Sequence record: DRR723986_10959 | Direction: 5' to 3' (one strand) | Length of the DNA: 39,663 nt | Shown here: piece after piece, positions 1 to 9,537 of the stretch | Layout: each line of letters starts with the position of its first letter | Numbering within the stretch: the stretch's first letter is position 1 | The notes under the pieces: generated by a model | Seen by the model: only the letters and a program-made list of their open reading frames with translations | Database searches by the model: none | What the model was told of the DNA's origin: nothing | Made by a program: the position numbers and the translations under genes

Positions 1-1
1 C

Positions 2-748
2 ATGGAATCAGAAGATCACAGAAAAAAAATTGAAGTTTGTTTTTCTCCTTACCTATTTTCTCTGTACAAAGAGGAATTTGATATTATCGTTGTAATTGAT
101 GTGTTGAGAGCAACTTCAGCCATTTGTGCTGCATTTCAGAATGGCGTGAAAGAACTCATCCCTGTCTCAACTATTGAAGAAGCAAGAGATTATCAAAAAA
201 AGGGATTTCTTGTTGGGGCTGAACGAAAAGGGAAAATAGTTGATGGATTTGATTTTGGTAATTCGCCCTATTCGTATATGATTCCAGAAGTAAAAAATCA
301 AACGGTTGTTTTGAGTACTACGAACGGAACCAAATCAATTAACATAGCAAAAGAGGCAGGTCAGGTTGTAATAGGAGCTTTATCGAATTTAGATGCGTTA
401 AACGAATGGTTAGTATTGCAAAACAAAAATGTGCTTTGCCTTTGCTCAGGATGGCAAAACAAGTTCAATCTTGAAGATACTATTTGCGCGGGCGCAATTT
501 TAGACCACATGTTAGCAACGGGAAATTATCACTCTGAAGAAGATTCTTCAATTGCGGCTAAATATCTCTTTTTAAGTGCAAAAGACAATATCCTAGGCTA
601 TTTAAAGGCTTCATCTCACCGTAGACGATTAAAGAATTTAAACTTGAACGAAGACATTAAATTTTGCTTAACGCCCAATACTGCTCCGGTAATTCCGGTA
701 CTAAAGGGTGATCGATTAATAGCTGTAAAATCAACAGTTGCCATTTAA
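2..748 (+). CDS. comB: 2-phosphosulfolactate phosphatase family protein
   Basis: ComB motifs IDVLRATSAI, GAER, GNSP, STTNGT and EDTICAG. The ATG is at the window edge, so upstream context is not visible. Confidence 0.9.
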   Translation: MESEDHRKKIEVCFSPYLFSLYKEEFDIIVVIDVLRATSAICAAFQNGVKELIPVSTIEEARDYQKKGFLVGAERKGKIVDGFDFGNSPYSYMIPEVKNQTVVLSTTNGTKSINIAKEAGQVVIGALSNLDALNEWLVLQNKNVLCLCSGWQNKFNLEDTICAGAILDHMLATGNYHSEEDSSIAAKYLFLSAKDNILGYLKASSHRRRLKNLNLNEDIKFCLTPNTAPVIPVLKGDRLIAVKSTVAI

Positions 749-753
749 ATAAT

Positions 754-1548
754 ATGAACCGAGCCATAATTTCTTTATCAGCTTGCTTTTTTATTATTCT
801 GTTTTCATGTGCAGATAAAAGTATTACTACAGCTAATACTGATGGAGAAGATTCTTTAAACTACCTGTCGAGCGATATTGTCATAAAATATAGTAACGCT
901 GGGGGCATGAGCCCATTTTCTGAGAATATTTTCATTAGCAATGACAGTGCAAGCTGGAAATATGGTCGTTATCGTGAAGAGATTATTTTAGCTTGGGTTC
1001 CTCAACCAAATGATATTGAATCTATAATTCAAGTTTTAAACGATAATAAATATTCCAAAATCCAATCTGATCGGAAGGAAGAAGTTTACGATCGTGGTGG
1101 AGTACATATAAAAATTAGTTATCAGAATCAAATGATCGATTTGAACAACTCGGGTTTAAATTTTATTAAGCAGGAGTGGCAAGAAAACTTCAGGGCGATT
1201 CAACTATACATCAATGATTATGTTCAAGGAGAGGTAGAAAAACAAATGTTGACGCTTGAATTCGTTCAAGCCCCATCTGCTCAAAACAGTGCTGAACCTG
1301 TCAAAGTTTGGTTGAACAATCAACTTTTTTATGATTCAAAAGAACAACAAAACCAAGCTCCTCAGCGTATTAACATTTATCCAGGTGTAAATAAATACGA
1401 ATGGACGCTATATTATGCGGATTCTGTAGGATTCAATAACCGACCAGTCAGAAAAAATGGAGGTGAATCTAAATTTGACGCTGCTCAAAGCTCAAAGAGC
1501 ATTACGTTAGAAATTATTGAAAGTGAGGTTATTATGAAAGTAGATTAA
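754..1548 (+). CDS. Hypothetical lipoprotein
   Basis: Hydrophobic signal peptide ending in lipobox-like LFSC. Lies 5 nt after comB. No family recognised. Confidence 0.7.
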   Translation: MNRAIISLSACFFIILFSCADKSITTANTDGEDSLNYLSSDIVIKYSNAGGMSPFSENIFISNDSASWKYGRYREEIILAWVPQPNDIESIIQVLNDNKYSKIQSDRKEEVYDRGGVHIKISYQNQMIDLNNSGLNFIKQEWQENFRAIQLYINDYVQGEVEKQMLTLEFVQAPSAQNSAEPVKVWLNNQLFYDSKEQQNQAPQRINIYPGVNKYEWTLYYADSVGFNNRPVRKNGGESKFDAAQSSKSITLEIIESEVIMKVD

Positions 1549-1859
1549 AATTCTCTTTCAGAAATACATTTGATTCTTACGATATCTCCTAAACCACAAG
1601 TACTAGCTCCTGAAGCCGGCTTAGAGTCTAACCAAACTAACATCCCTTCTTCGTAATCAAGACCAGGAAATTCTGAAAGATTTGTTGCTTCTAACTTTGA
1701 ACCATCTTCTAATTCAAAAACGATACCACATGAGTCGGTATCTGAAAAGTCACGTACAATTGCTTTATCTGAATTGTTTGGGCATCCATTATTCTTGTTA
1801 CAAGCCGTAAGAGTTGCAATTCCGCAGGTGATTAAGCTTAAAGCAATGTATTTTTTCAT
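1545..1859 (-). CDS. Small Cys-containing lipoprotein
   Basis: Start moved to ATG 1859 (MKKYIALSLITCGIATLTAC, signal plus lipobox). The mature part has four further Cys. Confidence 0.7.
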   Translation of the reverse strand: MKKYIALSLITCGIATLTACNKNNGCPNNSDKAIVRDFSDTDSCGIVFELEDGSKLEATNLSEFPGLDYEEGMLVWLDSKPASGASTCGLGDIVRIKCISEREF

Positions 1860-1926
1860 CTTAATTTTATTCGGTCCTAAAAAGGAAAAGTTTGAGTTCA
1901 ATGATAAATATACGGATTTTTACGAA

Positions 1927-2289
1927 TTATGTTCCAGAGTATGTTTCAATCCCATCTTCTGTCACTAAATAGGTTTTTTGCACACCAGCTCTTCTTGAAA
2001 ACAATACATCAAATTGAATATCCTTTTCTACCTTCATGATTAACCTGGCGTAATCGGGATAATTTTCAGCATCAAGATCTGCCTTACAGTTAGTACATTG
2101 AAAGGTAACAAGTTCTCCATTCTCGAAGGCATTAGCAGGACTGTGTTTATAGCTATAATTCCCCACTGAAGTGGACATCATAATTTCGCCCATATCACCG
2201 TTAGATCTTTTAGTTAATAGAATAATTTCGTTGTTTTTATCTAGTTTGGAATCGCAGTATGGACAGTGAAAGTCATATTTTTGTATCAT
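1927..2289 (-). CDS. Hypothetical protein with two CxxC motifs (putative Zn-binding)
   Basis: CPYC near the N-terminus and CTNC mid-protein in a 120-aa ORF. Confidence 0.7.
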   Translation of the reverse strand: MIQKYDFHCPYCDSKLDKNNEIILLTKRSNGDMGEIMMSTSVGNYSYKHSPANAFENGELVTFQCTNCKADLDAENYPDYARLIMKVEKDIQFDVLFSRRAGVQKTYLVTEDGIETYSGT

Positions 2290-2345
2290 GGTTTGAGGAT
2301 TTATTCGGTACTATAATATACCACTATTTTCGGATAAAAACAAGA

Positions 2346-3380
2346 TTAAATAATTATTTCACTATCCCTAACTTCACTCTGATACTTGCCTCCTGGGTAT
2401 CGGTCATTATAATCAAAGTTTAGCCAAATAAAGCCTTTACCATCTAGGTAATAATTGATAGCATTACCTTTCGACTCTTCAACAAAATAAACACTTTTAA
2501 TCAAATAAACTATTGTCTCTAAATCTTCTTCACTACCAAATTTAACCTCTGGATATAAATGTCCAATTTGATCTCCATTGGATTGTTCTACTGTAGTTCG
2601 AACCAACCTTACCTCTCCCCCTATTGCTTTTATACATGCAGCCATCATAATAGAATAATCATCACAATCTCCTTTAAAAAACTCATCATACTGTAATTGA
2701 CCTAATGTTTCAGAGGCTTTTGAGTAATAATCTTCATTTGCTGGATCATAGACATACTTCCATTGACCGTAAATTTCTTTAAAAACACTGAAAAATTGCA
2801 CCCATTTTCTTTTTGGCGATAAGTGTCGTTGCTCATCAAAATACTTTATTGCAATACTTGCTGCATAGTTACGCAGATCTGGGTTTGTATAATCAATTGC
2901 TGCTCGTAACTCTTTTTCTTTTCTAAACTCACCTGCTCCTTGCACAAAATCTTGCTCAAAGGAATCTCCTGACAATCTAAACAAAAAGGAATAATAATCT
3001 TCCTTTAAATCACCAACTGTGTATGTTCCAGCGAAATTAGTGATGGTCAAAACAATTAGAGAAGTGACCACTAACCCAATTACAATAATTCTGAACTTTT
3101 TTAGAAGGTAATAGAGCAAAAAGAAAATAGCTAAAAACAAAATAATGTAGTCTAACTTTATCAAAGAATCACCCAAATAAAATTCTAGTTTGGGCATAAA
3201 CTTGTATAGAAAAATGAAGAGCGGCATAGTAATCACCGCAGAAACCCCTCCTAAGACCAAAATTCCATAACCAAAGTTCTTATCGGCCTCAGGTCTTTTT
3301 TCTGAAGACGTACTCTCTTTTTTAATTGGGGATGGTTCTTGATGTTCTTCCACGTATCTAAAATAACTATTGCCTTTCAA
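2346..3380 (-). CDS. Membrane-anchored transglutaminase-like (Cys-His-Asp) protein
   Basis: Three N-terminal hydrophobic segments, then GDCDDY...GHLY...WLNFD as a triad-like arrangement. The TTG start is uncertain. Confidence 0.7.
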   Translation of the reverse strand: MKGNSYFRYVEEHQEPSPIKKESTSSEKRPEADKNFGYGILVLGGVSAVITMPLFIFLYKFMPKLEFYLGDSLIKLDYIILFLAIFFLLYYLLKKFRIIVIGLVVTSLIVLTITNFAGTYTVGDLKEDYYSFLFRLSGDSFEQDFVQGAGEFRKEKELRAAIDYTNPDLRNYAASIAIKYFDEQRHLSPKRKWVQFFSVFKEIYGQWKYVYDPANEDYYSKASETLGQLQYDEFFKGDCDDYSIMMAACIKAIGGEVRLVRTTVEQSNGDQIGHLYPEVKFGSEEDLETIVYLIKSVYFVEESKGNAINYYLDGKGFIWLNFDYNDRYPGGKYQSEVRDSEIII

Positions 3381-3410
3381 TAAAGTAACAGCTAAATGTC
3401 ATTTTATGTT

Positions 3411-3445
3411 AAAAAAAAAGAAGCCCATTCTTCAATGAGCTTCTT
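3411..3445 (-). terminator. Intrinsic terminator in a divergent intergenic region
   Basis: On the minus strand: AAGAAGCTCATT-GAAG-AATGGGCTTCTT (12-bp stem, one G-U) running into a U-tract (A9 at 3411-3419 on +). Confidence 0.75.
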
Positions 3446-3516
3446 CGTTTTTCATTTCAAAAGTTGATTTTGAACTTATGCTTTCATATCTAATCACGGG
3501 AGTGAATAAAAAAGGG

Positions 3517-3545
3517 TTGGGTTAAGGCGAAAATAATTATCTTTA
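3517..3545 (+). promoter_or_regulatory. Putative Bacteroidota sigmaA promoter for hbd
   Basis: TTG at 3517-3519, 18-nt spacer, TATCTTTA at 3538-3545 (variant of TAnnTTTG). Confidence 0.45.
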
Positions 3546-3581
3546 TGGCTCTTATTTTAAACCTAATTTAATCAAGATAAA

Positions 3582-4469
3582 ATGAAAAACATCACAGTAA
3601 TTGGAGCAGGAACAATGGGTAACGGAATCGCACATACCTTTGCTCAATTTGGTTATCAAGTTTCACTAGTAGACATCTCACAAGAAGCTTTAGATAAAGC
3701 GATTGCTAAGATTTCTAAGAACCTAGACCGAATGGTTGCCAAAGAGAAAATTACTGAAGATGACAAAACTTCTACTCTTGCAAACATTAAAACCTTAACC
3801 AGTTTGGCTGAAGGAGTGGCTAATGCTGAATTAGTTGTTGAAGCTGCTACAGAAAATGTCGATTTGAAACTTAAAATCTTCAAGGATATTGATCAAAACA
3901 CTTCGGACAACTGCATTCTTGCAACGAATACATCTTCGATTTCAATCACGAAAATTGCTGCTGTTACATCCAAACCAGATAAAGTGATTGGTATGCACTT
4001 TATGAATCCGGTTCCAGTAATGAAGTTAGTAGAGATTATTAGAGGCTACTCTACTTCAGATGCCGTGACAGAAGAAATTATGGCAGTTTCTAAAACCTTA
4101 AGCAAAGTTCCTGTAGAAGTCAATGATTATCCTGGATTTGTTGCTAATAGAATATTAATGCCAATGATTAACGAGGCTATAATTACTTTAAATGAAGGTG
4201 TTGCAGGAGTTGAAGAGATCGACACTGTTATGAAACTAGGAATGGCGCATCCAATGGGACCGCTACAGTTAGCTGACTTTATTGGATTGGATGTTTGTTT
4301 AGCAATCATGAATGTATTGTATGAAGGATTAGGAAATGACAAATATGCTCCATGCCCATTATTGGTAAATATGGTAACTGCTGGTAAAAAAGGTGTAAAA
4401 TCTGGAGAAGGATTCTATTCTTGGGGTCATGGTACAAAAGACCTTATAGTTGCTGACAACTTCAAATAA
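3582..4469 (+). CDS. hbd: 3-hydroxybutyryl-CoA dehydrogenase
   Basis: Rossmann GAGTMG motif, EAATEN, ATNTSS, catalytic GMHFMNPVP, PGFVANR and HPMGPL. Confidence 0.93.
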   Translation: MKNITVIGAGTMGNGIAHTFAQFGYQVSLVDISQEALDKAIAKISKNLDRMVAKEKITEDDKTSTLANIKTLTSLAEGVANAELVVEAATENVDLKLKIFKDIDQNTSDNCILATNTSSISITKIAAVTSKPDKVIGMHFMNPVPVMKLVEIIRGYSTSDAVTEEIMAVSKTLSKVPVEVNDYPGFVANRILMPMINEAIITLNEGVAGVEEIDTVMKLGMAHPMGPLQLADFIGLDVCLAIMNVLYEGLGNDKYAPCPLLVNMVTAGKKGVKSGEGFYSWGHGTKDLIVADNFK

Positions 4470-4496
4470 GTTATTTTTTAAAGGTAAATTACCCCT

Positions 4497-5330
4497 ATGA
4501 AAAAAGTAGTATTCGTACTTTGCCTTGCTTCCTCGTTTTGTTCCTATGGTCAAATTAAATTTGACAAGGATGAATTGTTGAATAATTTGGTTGGTACGAT
4601 TGAAAGTGACCGACCGGGTCAAGCGCTGAACGCTACAACTTGTGGAGTTCTTGCCTTTCAAATTCAATCGGGTTTTAATTATACGAGTTTAGATTTTCCT
4701 TTTGGTGCGAGTTCTAAAAATCAAACGGTACCCACTAACATAAGGTTTGGAATAACAGATGTTTGGGAGTTGAACACCAGTTTTTCATTTACGAATCAGA
4801 TTTTTAACAATGGCTTGGGTCCCACAACTGTTAACGGATTCCCAAGTCCAGAAATAGGATTGCGAGCTGCATTTTTGAAAGGAGATCGCTGGAAGCCCTA
4901 TTTAGCCATTCAGGTTAATATGTCAATTCCATCAAAACGTGGAACCTATCAACAGCCAGGATTAGGAAGCTCATTTTACTTGGTCACATCCAATCGATTT
5001 AAGCACATATCAATAAATACAACTACAGGAATTAGCTACTCTGGATTCGGGGGTAATGCTGCAAACTACCCTTATGTTTTAAATATTGGAACCATGCTCA
5101 CCAGTAAATTGGGAACTTTTGTTGAGGCATTTGGAAGCTTTAATAATTCAACGCTTAACCTAGACGGCGGATTTTCTTACTTAGCGACTCCAAATCTACA
5201 ATTAGATTTATTTGGAGGATGGCTTGGCGATTCAAATTGGTTCGCTGAAATAGGTTTTTCTTGGCGATACAGTTTCTTTCAAAAGATGGTCGGAAAAAAC
5301 ATCAAAGAGATAGATTCAATTTTGAATTGA
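4497..5330 (+). CDS. Outer-membrane beta-barrel 'transporter' (phenol MetA-pathway-like family)
   Basis: Signal peptide, N-terminal ESDRPG motif, alternating beta-strand pattern ending NLQLD...IGFSWR. Confidence 0.65.
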   Translation: MKKVVFVLCLASSFCSYGQIKFDKDELLNNLVGTIESDRPGQALNATTCGVLAFQIQSGFNYTSLDFPFGASSKNQTVPTNIRFGITDVWELNTSFSFTNQIFNNGLGPTTVNGFPSPEIGLRAAFLKGDRWKPYLAIQVNMSIPSKRGTYQQPGLGSSFYLVTSNRFKHISINTTTGISYSGFGGNAANYPYVLNIGTMLTSKLGTFVEAFGSFNNSTLNLDGGFSYLATPNLQLDLFGGWLGDSNWFAEIGFSWRYSFFQKMVGKNIKEIDSILN

Positions 5331-5393
5331 TACTGATTTCTTTTGAAGGTACGTTTTACTTAAATAACTGGAATTACGCGGCTTTTAGAGATT

Positions 5394-5520
5394 TTATAAC
5401 TTCACGCCCATTACCCATTCGACCGCTCCTCGACTTCGCTCGAAGAATTGCTCAGGGTAAACTGCTCTACTTCGACAGGCTCAGCACAGGCATGGGTGTT
5501 CATAACTTCACACCCATTAC
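5394..5520. repeat. 21-bp imperfect direct repeat duplicating the 3' end of the sensor phosphatase gene
   Basis: Minus strand: GTAATGGGTGTGAAGTTATGA (5520-5500) versus GTAATGGGCGTGAAGTTATAA (5414-5394). Both read VMGVKL*. Confidence 0.85.
5416..5490. repeat. Cluster of REP-like TCGAC...GCTC palindromic units
   Basis: CATTCGAC...TTGCTCAGGGTAAAC, CTCGACTTCGCTCGAAG and CTTCGACAGGCTCAGCACAGG form a GC-rich patch between convergent genes. They resemble short dispersed repeats common in Bacteroidota. Confidence 0.65.
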
Positions 5521-8500
5521 GCAAACATCATCAAGTTGATTGATTTCTCCTTTCCACTCGTTGAACTCGTTTTTCAATAATTCATGCTGTTGCTCAAATG
5601 GTGCCTCTGAAACTTTCACCAACAATTCTTGGAATCTTCGTTGTGAATATTTCTTACGTCTCTCACCTCCAAACTGATCTGGATACCCATCAGAAGACAA
5701 ATAGACTACATCATTTTCTTCAGTAATGTGTTCATGACATGTAAAATGTTTAATTGTGAAATCACTTGCGCTTACTCCCGATTTATCTCCTTTAAGCGTA
5801 ATTAATTCTCCTGCACGGACAACATGTAAATTGATATTTGCACCAGCAAATTCAATCAACTGATTTTCATTATCGTACACACAAATACCAAGGTCCATTC
5901 CATCCTCTACGTCATTGTTTTCGGCTTCTTCGTCAGCACCGAAGGCAAATCTTAAACCTGCTCTCAAAAAAGCCAAAATCATTGATGGATCTGTCAAGCC
6001 TTTCTCATTGACCGCTTGGTCAAGAATGTTTTTACCAATAATACTCATTAAAGCTCCCGGAACACCGTGACCTGTACAATCTACTACAGCAAAAAAGACC
6101 TTTCCAGCCGATCGCTCAACCCAATAAAAATCTCCACTTACAATATCTCTCGGTTTATAGAAAACGAAGTTATTTGGCAACAATTGAGACATAAAACTCT
6201 CCGAAGGCAGTATTCCCCTTTGAATTCTTTTGGCGTAGTTAATACTCGCCATGATGTCTTTATTTTTCTGAGCCAATTCCGTTGTTCGCTCTTCTACTTT
6301 TTGCTCTAAGGTATCATACAAATTGGCGTTACTAATCGCAGCAGAAGTATATGAGGCTAGTGTTTTTACTATGGCCAAATGGTACGGCGTATAAGCTCCT
6401 ATTTTAAAACTTTGCACTGTTAACACGCCTACAACGCCCTCATCATCATGTAATGGATAAAATATCAATGAATTAGGCATTGCACCCAATGGAACTTTAA
6501 TCTCGCTCACATATTTACTATACTCATTGACATTGTCATTCAAGAAAATCTCTTTGTCATTTTCAACACACCAAACAGAATAATTGTCTTTATCATCCAT
6601 TGAAATAGAAAAAGGTTCATCCCGTTGTCCATTTTCCATTTCAAATTTATATTCAATTTCGTTTTTGTCTTTATGATACAAACGAACTCCAAAGACTTCA
6701 GCATCCATCAACTTTACTACACTTTCATATAGTGATTGGTAAATATCCTCCATTTCTAAGCTTGAAGAAATGGTAACACCCAATTCACTCAATAATTTAG
6801 TATTCTCAAAATTTAACTGGAGTTCTTCTTTTTGTTGAGTTACCTCTTTCGTTCGTTCAGCAACTCGCTCTTCCATGTTTTCATACAGTCCAGCATTTTC
6901 AAGGGCGATAGCCACATAAGTAGCCAAAGTCCGAACGATATTCATTTCTTCTTCTCCATAAGCGTGTTTAGCCATGGTTTGAACTGAAATAACGCCCATT
7001 GTTTTCCATTTGGAAATTAGTGGCATATAAATAATCGAATTGGGTTGATCTCCTTGCACTGGTGAAGTATCTTCTCCCGTAACGGCATTCCGCTCAATCT
7101 CATCACCAACAACGATTTCTTTATTCTCTAAAAAACACTTAACGGCAATTCTGTTCTTATTTTCAAGGTCGTAATTAAAACTTGGTAATTTGTTTCCTCT
7201 TTCAATTGGCTCTGGGAAGAATAAAAAGTTATCTGTTTCTTGATAAATACCAATACCCAAGTTTTGAGCATCCATCATTTTATTTACGTTTTCATAAACC
7301 TTTTCAATGATGTCTTTAACGGATAAGGTAGAAGTTATTTGACGACCAATCTCATTTAACAGTATAGTTCTGTCATGTGATTTCTGTAATGCCAATTGCG
7401 CCTGGTGAATATCTGAAATATCAGTAGCTACACTCACGTAACTCATAATTTCTCCGGCATCATTTAATAAAGGAGTCACACTAATAGAAATCCAATAGCC
7501 TGATCCATCTTGACGGTGAAAACTAGATAATTCCATGGTAAACACTTCACCTCCTTTAAAATTTCGTTCTAACTCTTTTTCTTTTTCTTTCGGAAGTTCG
7601 GGTCCGTTGTAAAATTCAAGAAAATATTTTCCTTTGACATCTTTTAAGGTAAGTCCAGTTAATTTTTCAAATCCCTGATTCACCCATTCTACTTTAATCT
7701 CTTTATCGAAAATAACAATGGAATTAGTTGTATGGCTCGTAGCCAGTGACAACACACGAAGTTCTTTTTCTTTTTTATTAATATACCGTAGTCGAAGAAT
7801 CATCAAAATCACCAAAACGGTGACAAATACCAAAATCCCGATAATGATGTTTCTATTCAGTTTTTCATTTTCAATCTCAAGACTGTGATTCTTTTGCTCT
7901 TCATTTAATCGCTGGATTTCATTCTCACTAACCATTTTCTCATAGTTAGTTTGATATTTTTTGTTCTGCTCTTTTATCTGATTAGAATTCAACGAATCTT
8001 TGAAAGTCGTATATTTTATAAGCGTGGTATAGGTCTTTTTATAATCTCCGGTTGCATCATAAATCTCAATTTGAGATTTATAATTATCCATTTTTTCTTT
8101 GGTCAAATTGAGTTTATTAGCAATTTCTAACCCCTTTTCAGTGGCCTCGATAGCAGAATAATAATCACCTGACATCATGTACACCATGGCCAATTGCGAA
8201 TAGGTATAAGACTCAAATCTCGGGGATTCCTGAACTTCACGGGTTCCTAATCCATCTAGATAAATTTGTTCTGCTATTTTATAATCACCGTTTAGCCTAT
8301 GGTACATTCCCAAAGAGAGATGCAGTCCAACATTTTCCCCGGTTAACTTCCCTCCCTCATACAAGCTATTGACACGACCGAAATAATCTTTAGCCAATTC
8401 CATTTCATCAATTTCAAGATATAAATCCCCTAGATAAGAATATAGATTTGCCAGCTTATCATATTGTTTTCGTTGCTGCGCTATTCGAATGGACTTATTG

Positions 8501-8967
8501 TAATAATCAATTGAAGCGTCATTATCACCCATTAAATGCTTCAAAAAGCCAAACGATTGATAAATTTCGAGTAAAACATCTGTTTTATGAAGTTCTTCTG
8601 CAATTTCTAAAGCCTTAGAGAGGTGGTTTATCCCTTCATAATAATTGAGGTAATAATCTGTATAGTAGTGTGAAATTGCTTTTTGTGCAAACATTTCTCC
8701 TTCAGGATAATCTGCAGACTTAGCCATCTCGAGAGATTTTTGAGCATACTCTAATCCCAGTTCATAATTGCTGTACTCATTGGCAAAAGAAATTTCTAGT
8801 AAAACATCTGCTTTATCCGACTTAGATTCTAAACCAATCAATAGTTGAATTAACGAATCTATTCTAGCTTCGCTTTCATCTTGAGCCTTAGCGGTCATAC
8901 CATTGAATAAAAAAATCAATAGCAGAAGCTTTAGATAATAAGTAGGTATTTGAGTGGCTTTGTTCAT
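5500..8967 (-). CDS. Membrane sensor PP2C/SpoIIE phosphatase (TPR-TM-PAS-GAF-GAF-SpoIIE)
   Basis: Signal peptide, TPR-like helices, a TM segment (IIIGILVFVTVLVILMIL), PAS (WVNQGFEKLTG...YWISISVTP), two GAF repeats (PNSIIYMPL / PNSLIFYPL), SpoIIE motifs VSGDFY, DCTGHGVPGA, DGMD, SDGYPDQFGG and DDVCVMG. ATG 8967 preferred over TTG 8970. Confidence 0.88.
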   Translation of the reverse strand: MNKATQIPTYYLKLLLLIFLFNGMTAKAQDESEARIDSLIQLLIGLESKSDKADVLLEISFANEYSNYELGLEYAQKSLEMAKSADYPEGEMFAQKAISHYYTDYYLNYYEGINHLSKALEIAEELHKTDVLLEIYQSFGFLKHLMGDNDASIDYYNKSIRIAQQRKQYDKLANLYSYLGDLYLEIDEMELAKDYFGRVNSLYEGGKLTGENVGLHLSLGMYHRLNGDYKIAEQIYLDGLGTREVQESPRFESYTYSQLAMVYMMSGDYYSAIEATEKGLEIANKLNLTKEKMDNYKSQIEIYDATGDYKKTYTTLIKYTTFKDSLNSNQIKEQNKKYQTNYEKMVSENEIQRLNEEQKNHSLEIENEKLNRNIIIGILVFVTVLVILMILRLRYINKKEKELRVLSLATSHTTNSIVIFDKEIKVEWVNQGFEKLTGLTLKDVKGKYFLEFYNGPELPKEKEKELERNFKGGEVFTMELSSFHRQDGSGYWISISVTPLLNDAGEIMSYVSVATDISDIHQAQLALQKSHDRTILLNEIGRQITSTLSVKDIIEKVYENVNKMMDAQNLGIGIYQETDNFLFFPEPIERGNKLPSFNYDLENKNRIAVKCFLENKEIVVGDEIERNAVTGEDTSPVQGDQPNSIIYMPLISKWKTMGVISVQTMAKHAYGEEEMNIVRTLATYVAIALENAGLYENMEERVAERTKEVTQQKEELQLNFENTKLLSELGVTISSSLEMEDIYQSLYESVVKLMDAEVFGVRLYHKDKNEIEYKFEMENGQRDEPFSISMDDKDNYSVWCVENDKEIFLNDNVNEYSKYVSEIKVPLGAMPNSLIFYPLHDDEGVVGVLTVQSFKIGAYTPYHLAIVKTLASYTSAAISNANLYDTLEQKVEERTTELAQKNKDIMASINYAKRIQRGILPSESFMSQLLPNNFVFYKPRDIVSGDFYWVERSAGKVFFAVVDCTGHGVPGALMSIIGKNILDQAVNEKGLTDPSMILAFLRAGLRFAFGADEEAENNDVEDGMDLGICVYDNENQLIEFAGANINLHVVRAGELITLKGDKSGVSASDFTIKHFTCHEHITEENDVVYLSSDGYPDQFGGERRKKYSQRRFQELLVKVSEAPFEQQHELLKNEFNEWKGEINQLDDVCVMGVKL

Positions 8968-9033
8968 CAAACTAATGAGGTTATCTAATATAGTTAATAA
9001 ATCAACTCCACATCATTAGTTTAGACGAACCAT

Positions 9034-9069
9034 AAAAAAAACCTGCTCAATTTACTTGAACAGGTTTTT
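9034..9069 (-). terminator. Intrinsic terminator of the rpsF-rpsR-rplI operon
   Basis: Minus strand: AAAAACCTGTTCAA-GTAAA-TTGAGCAGGTTTTTTTT, about 20 nt after the rplI stop. Confidence 0.85.
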
Positions 9070-9090
9070 AAATTAACTGAGAAGAACTAT

Positions 9091-9537
9091 TTATTCTCCA
9101 ATAACTTCAAAATTGAATGATTTAATAACCTCTTTGTGTAAGTTAGCAGTAGCAGTGTATGCTCCAACTTCTTTTACAGGTTCTTGATCAATTTTCAATG
9201 ATTTTCTGTCAATCTCAACACCTTCAGCTTTAAGCGCATCAGCAAGAGCGATAGTTGTAACAGAACCAAAGATTTTTCCGCTTTCACCAACTTTCGCAGC
9301 TACTTTTACAGTTAAACCTTCAAGTTTAGCTGCAATTGCTTCAGCTTCTTCTTTTACTTTTGACTCTTTGTGAGATCTTTGTTTCATTACTTCGGCATGT
9401 GCTTTCTTAGCTGATTCAGTAGCAAGAGATGCATAGCCTTGAGGAATTAAAAAGTTTCTTCCGTATCCTGCTTTCACAGTTACGACATCATCTTTATATC
9501 CTAATTTATCTACGTTTTTCTTTAATATAACTTCCAT
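9091..9537 (-). CDS. rplI: 50S ribosomal protein L9
   Basis: MEVILKKNVDKLG...VKAGYGRNFLIP and GKIFGSVT. Confidence 0.98.
   Translation of the reverse strand: MEVILKKNVDKLGYKDDVVTVKAGYGRNFLIPQGYASLATESAKKAHAEVMKQRSHKESKVKEEAEAIAAKLEGLTVKVAAKVGESGKIFGSVTTIALADALKAEGVEIDRKSLKIDQEPVKEVGAYTATANLHKEVIKSFNFEVIGE

Noticed and set aside
5416-5490. Possible mini CRISPR array or tRNA fragment (TTCGA motifs)
   Set aside because: The units are non-identical and lack regular spacers, there are no cas genes, and I could not form a cloverleaf.
5261-5539. 92-aa + strand ORF
   Set aside because: It overlaps two real genes and reads through the REP-like cluster, so it is a repeat-derived shadow ORF.
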